Assembly: GCA_965112155.1 (NCBI GenBank) | Contig: OZ218115.1 | Reading direction: 5' to 3' (one strand) | Length of the DNA: 64,000 nucleotides | Origin: Podarcis liolepis | Lineage: Eukaryota | Shown: piece after piece, positions 57,047 to 64,000 of the stretch | Layout of the letters: the number at the start of each line of letters is the position of its first letter | How positions within the stretch are numbered: position 1 is the first letter of the stretch | Translations under genes and position numbers: made by a program | The notes under the pieces: model-generated | Database searches by the model: none | What the model saw: the letters and a program-made list of their open reading frames with translations, nothing else | Told to the model about the DNA's origin: nothing

Positions 57047-57411
57047 TAAGACAGATGTTCCCCCGGCATTAACCATTAATTCAGATTCCCAGCTTTAGGT
57101 TTAGAAAAGTTTCCAGCCTTTGTAGAACTGTACAAACAAGGTCTCGCTTGTTCTGTGAGAAACTAGCCAGGGACCACCGCCTTTCTGTTATGTATGTTTG
57201 TTTATTTGACCAGAGGACAGAGGCCCAGGTGTGCAGGAGTCCATTATCAGGACAGCATGGAAAGGATCTCAACGTGTCTTCTACTTCCGAACACACTGGC
57301 TCCAAGTGGAAATCAACGCAGTCCGACAAACGAACAGCTGAGTCCGCCTTTGCAAAGGGACCAAGTTAACAGAATTGACCAGGACAACCAAAAGCCATTT
57401 GAAGCAGAACT

Positions 57412-57417
57412 TTTATT
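57412..57417 (-). terminator. Probable FLNA polyadenylation signal
   Basis: AATAAA about 700 nt past the stop, followed by GT/T-rich sequence. Confidence 0.7.
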
Positions 57418-58123
57418 CCCTTCCCTCCTCAAAAGAAAGGAGACCGGCAGTTGTGCACAACAACAATAACAACAACAAACAACGACTTAAGACTTGGAAG
57501 GATTAAAACAAGATTTTTGGTTATAAACTGGCAAAGCAAGGAGAGGCACAACAGCAGCTCCCGCCACTTATCTGTGTATCAATGGAGCTTCCATCTCAAG
57601 CCGAAGAAGGGAAAGTGAAAATCTAGAGAGAAAAGGGACAGGCTGCCTGCAGTTCCATCGGGTGCAGTGGTTTTTGCTTTGTTTCGTTCTCTCAAGCAGC
57701 GGATGGCACCGATACAGGTATGTGGTACCAGGTGCCTGTTTTTGAGGCAGGAAGGACGCCTTCCTGGCAAACTCAGGGAGGGAGGCACAAAATTCAGTCC
57801 ATGGGCACGAAGCCAGTGCTTTGGCAAGAAAAGCAAAATCAAACCTGCCCCTCAACACTCCTCCCCTCCAAAAAAGGGTGGGGAAGGGGGGAAATCACTG
57901 ACAAAACTGGTTGAAAAGAGTTAGTGCTGCATGTAAACAGATCCACAGGAATCCGCCCCCCCCCATCCCAAGGGCGACTTGCTCCCTTTCCCCACCCACA
58001 CCGGCACAAAGCCTGCCAAGGAAGTTTAAGAGGCAGCGTCTCAGGTGGGTGAGTCGGGGTAGTGGCATTACAAAGAGGGCTCAAGAGGGGCAGTGTTATA
58101 ATCGGGGGTGGGGTGGGGGAGGA

Positions 58124-58311
58124 TTAAGGCACGGAGACATGGAAGGGGCTGCCGGGGATGTGCTCCTCTCCCCACTTCACCACCAGCACATAATCCCCTC
58201 TGTCCTTGAGCAGGTAGGTGACGTTGTAGAGCCGGTTGCCCAGGTGCTTCACCACAATCTCCTCGCAGGGGGTCTTGGGGCCATGCACCCCCACCAGCAG
58301 CATGTTGTTCC
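58124..58311 (-). CDS. FLNA: FLNA terminal exon (dimerisation repeat 24)
   Basis: [18 protein letters not shown]...[18 protein letters not shown]. Confidence 0.94.
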
Positions 58312-61300
58312 CTGCGGAAAGAGCAAGGGGCAGGAGGGGGGGTCCAGTCAAAAGTGAGGCATGCTGTGATAGTTAGGTCGGGAAGAGCTAATCCTGTTGA
58401 AAGACCTAATATATTTAAGTATACAAGGGAGGCAAAAAGGTGTTTCGCTCCAAATGTCTCACTAACTTGATTATCCCTCCCCACTCTTCTCTCCTTCCAT
58501 TTCTAGACCAGCCTTCCCCAATCTTGAGCCCTGCAGGTGACTTACTGCTGACGGGGGCTGATGAGATTGTTGTCAAAAGCAGCTGGAGGACACCAGTATT
58601 GGGGGGAACTGGTCCAAACATGCAAGTAAGCAAACAGCTTACTTTTTTTTGTTCCTTTGTTCTCCTTCGGACCCTCTTATAAACTCTCCAGTCCCCATCC
58701 TTCCCCCCACCCCCTGCATAGGTTGCCAATTAATGCCCTCACTAGAGTTGCCAACTTTGGGCCTCAAGTTCTGGCACCTCAGGCTTTGCCTCTGAGCACC
58801 CTGGTGTGTCTCTCGGAGGCCACCCTTGAAGAAGATCCTGAATCCCAATCTCTTTTAGGAGCTACTATGCAAACTTCTTATTTGGTCTAGGCTAGGTAGC
58901 TTGAATTATAATTGCTATTTATGGTGGTGTTTTGTTTTAAAATACACTTCCAAATTATATGACTTGTCCAGCCATCATTTCCCACATCAAGCTCCTCAGC
59001 TAGGATGGGGCCAACCATACATTTCAATTTGAAACATTCATCTGACCCCATAAGCAAACCCACCCAGACCATCACCTGGTCAGTGCCCAAATTAGCTTTC
59101 CAAAGCTTCTAACCGCAGTGACCAAAACCTTGCAGTTGTGTGCCTTTCTTCCCATCCCCACCTGCCCCAACAAATCTACACTCACCTGCTTTGCTGCAAT
59201 CGACAGTGAAAGAGTTCTTCTGCCCCACAAAGCCCTTGTTGAGGCCCAGGCCCTTGGCAACCACCTTGCTGGCATCAGAGGCAAACTTGGGGGCTGCTCC
59301 ATCATGTTTGGCCACTCCATCCATGAAGACCGAGGAAGTCTCGTGGAGGCTGTGGCTGGGGACGAGACGGGCCCCTGCCAAGGAAAAGGAAGGACGATTA
59401 CACAGGTGCGAGGAGCGTAAGGCTGTATCTGGGCAACACCCTCTTTGCCTCCCCTTCCCCAAATTACCATCAAAGTTGGCCTTCATCATCTTGGTGCCCT
59501 CCAGATGCCGTTGCACTCCAACTCCCATCAGCCTCTGCCAACATGGCCAGTTGGCAGGGTTGGTGGGAGTTGTCACCCAGCTTCTGGAGGGCAATTGGGG
59601 TAGGCCGATCTATGTTAAGGTTGCAGTCTCTGCTACAACATGGTTACAATGTTACTTGTGTGTCCTCAGATATGGTCCATAGTCTGGAGTGATAGCAAAG
59701 CCCTTAAAAAATGGGACACCTTCTTGCCTAAGCCAAGCTTCTCTCTGCCCCCCAGCCCCCCAGGCTCTTACCTGTGATTTTGGCCTTGAAGGGGCTGCCA
59801 GCAATGTGGTATGGGCCACCATATTTAATGGAGATGAGGTAGCTGCCAGGTGCCATGGGTGTGTAGATGACCTTGTAGCCCTCTGGGCACTCTTGGCAGT
59901 CCATCTTCACCTTAGAGGGGCCATCGATGGTGACGGCCAGTGCCCCAGGCCCGGCATTTGTGGTGTTGACTATGAACTCAGCAGGGCTTCCTGCAGGGGA
60001 GAAGAGCAAGAGGCGGCAGCTTCTCTTCAAGGCTCTGGGCAGCCTCTCGTCCCTCCACCCCTCCCTTCCTCTAGGCTCTCTTATTACCTGTCATGCCACC
60101 TTCTAAGCCAGGGCCGTAGGCAGACACCATCCCTGGGTCCCCAGCTTGGCCCAGCTCCCCAACACGGATCTTGAAGGGACTGCCAGGAATGTGGCTGCCG
60201 TTGAACTTGACATCAACAGAGTAGATGCCATTCTCACGGGGGATGAAACGCACAGCGTATTTGTCTGTGGGAAAGGTGAGAGGAGGAAAAACAGGCAGGT
60301 GTAAGCGGCTTGCCAGCAGTTGTCATTGGCTCCGTGAGAAATCGTGTGTGCGCGCGCGCACGCGCATGTACCACAGAACAGATCCCAGAAGGGAAGCCCA
60401 AGGAAGTGGACATTTAGTTACATGGACCTTTACCCAAATACCTTTATATAGTAAAATATAGCCAGCAAATTCAGCCAGCATGAATGACACAGGCTAATTG
60501 TAGCTCAATAAACCTGGGGCCCTCCAGATGTTGTTGGAGTACCTCTCCCATCATCCCTCATCATCGGCCTGCTAGCTGGGGCTAACTTAACTGCTTAAGA
60601 TCAAGGGCTAAAAGCCAGACAGAGACCTGTTGGGGTAAGCTCTGGTTTTAAAAAAAGCACACTTGAAGTGGAACTTGGTTTAGAGCAAAAGGCATTTGCC
60701 AGTGGGCATGCCAAAACCCAAATGAGCTTGGCTGGGAGAAGCAAAGGGGAAGTGGCTATGGGGAGCATTTCCACTCCCCTCACCTGCCCTTTTCTCTAGA
60801 AGAGAATATTCCCAAGGCCAAGCTCCTCACATGTAGCCTGTAGTTCTGTGTCTGCTTCCTTCTCTAGTAAAAATAAGCACATGGGTCCTGATCCAGATAG
60901 GGGTATGATACACACAAGTGTGACGGTTACGAATAGTTTTTAAAGCTTTCAAAGGTACCCTGTTTCTTACTCTAAACACACATCTGCAGCTACAGGTTAC
61001 ATAACAAAGCGCAATTTTGCAGTTTATACCGCCTTGCTTTTATTTGCAAATGAAACACCTTGGCTATTTCAGCCCTTGCCAGTCTTACTTTGTATGCTGT
61101 TACAGCAGAGCTTTCCAAACATTTCATGTTGGTACACACTTTTTAGACATGCATCATTTCACAACACAGGAATTCAGTTTTACTAGCAAACCAGAGATTA
61201 AACTAACCCCTTTCCACCCTGGAAGGAGTGCAGGGAGAGTTCATGCAACACACAGCTTGGAAAGCTCTGCTCTACAGAAACAGCCCTGATCTGCCCCTGA

Positions 61301-63925
61301 ATCTTACTGAGCACCCTAAATAGGTGCAGATTTGGGGAACTGAATATTATGGACCCCCCTTCACAATTTCATAGATGAGCCGCACATCTATCTATCTTGA
61401 ACCACAATAGAGCTTGGCCTAATTTTTGCAACTTATTCAAAAGTCTGCAGCCTTGCCTCAAAGTGTGGAGTCACACCAGGCAGGAGATTGTGGGCTGGCA
61501 TGATGGCTCACAAGGCAGGTGGCAGGAAGCTGCCCATGGGCACTCGCATGCCATCATCACCACCACCAACACAGCAGATGCCACTACAGGAAACCAGCTG
61601 TGCAGACTCAGCAGCATTTTGACACAGCAGCCTGCACAGAGAACTGCACAAGCTCTGAACTTTGCAGCAACAGGGCTGTGGCCTCCTAAGTAAAGTAATT
61701 TGGCAAAATGGGCACTCTAAGCGGGTGGCTCTGTCCTGCACAGCTTAAGACACACCCGGCCCACTTCCACTCACGATTCCATGAAGAGAACCGTGTTGGG
61801 AGAGTCCTCAAGCCAGCAGGAAGCGACTGGGCGCTTAAAATTTGTCTTTTTGTTGGCCCTGGGCATGTTTCTGCCCCTCCCATTTCCTCTTCTGCATTGC
61901 CAACCCCCACCTCCAGACAGCCTTTTGTTTTGTTACCACACCTATTCTTAGTTGTACGGCGTAGTAGTCAAGTAAGTTGTACTCAGAATATGCCTACTGA
62001 AATCAAGGAACCTAATGGAGTGATAAGTCACTTTGAATCACCAATTATTACTGTTTTTACAAAAGCAACTCAAAGTGGCTTATCACATCAATCACAACAT
62101 TCACACAAAAATCAGCATAAAACAAAACAGAAAAATCTAAAACATATCCATGTTTTTAAAAGGCAGGGTCAAAACAATTTCAATGGGTCAACTCTGAGAA
62201 AAATTTAGCTGAGAACCTGAGAAAAGCAGTTTGAAGTTGGGAGGGGGCAGAGTAAGGAGGATGCCAGCACCTCCCAGCTCAACATCACTCAGTCCCTGAA
62301 ATAACCACTGAGATTTTTACGCAATTGCTGTTACAGAATGGAAGCTGAATACGCGCGTGTGTGTGTGTGTGTGTGTGTGTCCTGGATTCAGTTTGCATTG
62401 TTGATTACTGCCACTCCCAACTTTGAGGAGGAGAATTTACTAATTCTGGACAGAGCCAGGCTCCTTGTAAGTCTACGTTTGCAGTTTGGTTGGCCTTCTT
62501 GCTCTCTGATGTAGACTGAGGCTGGACCCTGCAGTGCCTTTCCTCAAGGGATGCAGCCATCGCATAAGACTCCTGGCCACCATCATCACGCACAGGCTTG
62601 GCAACCTGACTTCTTACAGTAATGCCCTTATGGTGGGAGCCTGTGGGCCTAGCCAGCGATCACGGATGATGGGAGTTGTAGTCCAACATCTGGGAGGCAC
62701 AGGTTCCACTTCTTTATATGGACCTGACAAATGCCATCTGGGAACTCCAGCTACAGCAGAACTCCATTGCCCATGCCTTGACAGAACTGCAGAATATGCT
62801 ACGGGGATGGGTCATTCTGCTACAAACTGCTTGGAGGTTTGCTCAATCTTGCTCAAGGTGCTGACTTATAAAGTCTTGTTTGGTTTTAGACCAGCATCCA
62901 TCTCTGGGAGCATCTTCCATCAGAGGGAAAACAAGATCTGCCAGGGGCTCTTGTGGACTTCAGCCTTTGCCATGGAAAAGCCTTTTATTTTTATATTTTT
63001 TTTAAAAGCTAAACAAAGATCCTGAGTGTTCTTTCAGGCCATGACCCAAGCCACCACTGCCGTTTCCCTTTCACCTTGAGTTTTTTTAGCAGTTGCTTTT
63101 AAAACTGGATGTGAATGACCCATCTTCCAACACAATTAAATAATGCCTCTGCCTCCGACTGCAAAGCATCTATTTTATTTATATATTAGACTTATATACC
63201 ACCACCACCCCCATTATCAAAAGATCTCAGGGAGGTTCACAAGGTCTAAGCAGATCATTCTTTAACAAGCCCATTGGATCTGCTTGGACCTTATATCACC
63301 TCAACGGGAAAGAGGCCAACCACACACAGAAAAATCTCAAGCCCAAGGAACCTGTTTTGGGCCTCAATTATTTTGGAATTACAACCCAAACTTGCTGGAG
63401 CTGGTGGGAAATGGCGTTCCAACACCACTTGGAGGGGCCACAAGTTTCCCACACCTGCTCTACACCATCAGATGCCTGCCCTCCCCTGTTACAGTGGCTA
63501 GGAGTTCATTTTAGAAAGGAATCATAGAACTGTAGATTTGGAAGGGATCCCAAGGGTGATCTAGTCTCGTCCAACCCCCTGCAATGCAGGAATCTCGACC
63601 AAAGCATCCCTGGTAGGCGGCTACCCAACCTCTGCTTAAAAATCTCCAAGGAAGGAGAGTCCACCACTTCCCGAGGGAGTCCATTCCACTGTCAGAAGAG
63701 AAGCGGACCCAACAGCTCTACCTTTGGGAGGGAAGGGGGTGGGTCATCCACTGTACAGCAAGCCTGACCCTGCTCTGCCAGGCCCTCCTTACCTTCATCA
63801 ATTTCTGTGACATGGCACTCTTCTAGGGCCCCCGAGGGGCTGTGCACCTTGGCATCAATCACACCTTTGGCCCCGTTCAAGCTGACGGCAAACGAGGCTG
63901 GCTGGTTCACCTTTAACCCTGACTC
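58124..63925 (-). CDS. FLNA: Filamin A, 3' portion (Ig repeats ~22-24 and hinge 2); partial, complement(join(58124..58311,59186..59374,59772..59990,60088..60264,63793..63925)); gene continues beyond the window
   Basis: [69 protein letters not shown] and [12 protein letters not shown] match FLNA better than FLNB/FLNC; Xq28-homologous neighbours. Confidence 0.93.
59186..59374 (-). CDS. FLNA: FLNA exon (hinge 2 and start of repeat 24)
   Basis: cag|GG acceptor and G|gtgagt donor; [10 protein letters not shown]...[12 protein letters not shown]. Confidence 0.93.
59772..59990 (-). CDS. FLNA: FLNA exon (SPAEFIVNT...FKAKIT)
   Basis: cag|GA acceptor and G|gtaaga donor. Confidence 0.93.
60088..60264 (-). 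CDS. FLNA: FLNA exon ([12 protein letters not shown]...GLEGGMT)
   Basis: cag|AC acceptor and G|gtaata donor. Confidence 0.93.
61106..61269. mobile_element. hAT MITE in an FLNA intron
   Basis: TIR CAGAGCTTTCCAA / TTGGAAAGCTCTG; degenerate TSD (..TACAG). Confidence 0.7.
63519..63693 (-). mobile_element. CR1 LINE 3' end
   Basis: GAATCATAGAA...TTGGAAGGGA...CCAACCCCCTGCAATGCAGGAATCTC. Confidence 0.8.
63793..63925 (-). CDS. FLNA: FLNA exon (ESGLKVNQ...TEIDE)
   Basis: cag|GAG acceptor and G|gtaagg donor. Confidence 0.93.
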
Positions 63926-64000
63926 CTGGAAGCACACAGCACGTTAGGCAGCAGAAAGGACAGAGCGGGCAATGGCATCAAGCTTCGGCTACCACAAACC

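Overview
Vertebrate genomic DNA from a squamate reptile, probably a lacertid lizard judging by the repeat landscape. It is homologous to human Xq28. Three spliced genes were reconstructed by hand from GT-AG junctions with consistent phases: complete PDZD4 (+, 8 coding exons, 3335..29877, 710 aa), complete SSR4/TRAP-delta (-, 6 coding exons, 38499..33055, 175 aa), and the last 5 coding exons plus 3'UTR of FLNA (-, runs off the right end). IDH3G, the head-to-head partner of SSR4 in mammals, was not found; the FLNA 3' end sits there instead. Introns and intergenic DNA carry L1, L2 and CR1 LINE fragments, tRNA-derived SINEs, many hAT and Tc2-type non-autonomous DNA transposons, and a solo LTR. Most notable: (1) a complete ~1.9-kb RT-less retroelement bounded by an 18-bp target-site duplication (TSD), whose single 236-aa ORF is restored in frame once a nested Tc2 element is removed and whose 3' tail matches the L1 in the same window; (2) two independent tailless U5 snRNA retrocopies; (3) hAT elements carrying apparently captured sequence. 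Most ORFs in the supplied track are spurious. Gene and family calls rest on recalled sequences, not database searches.
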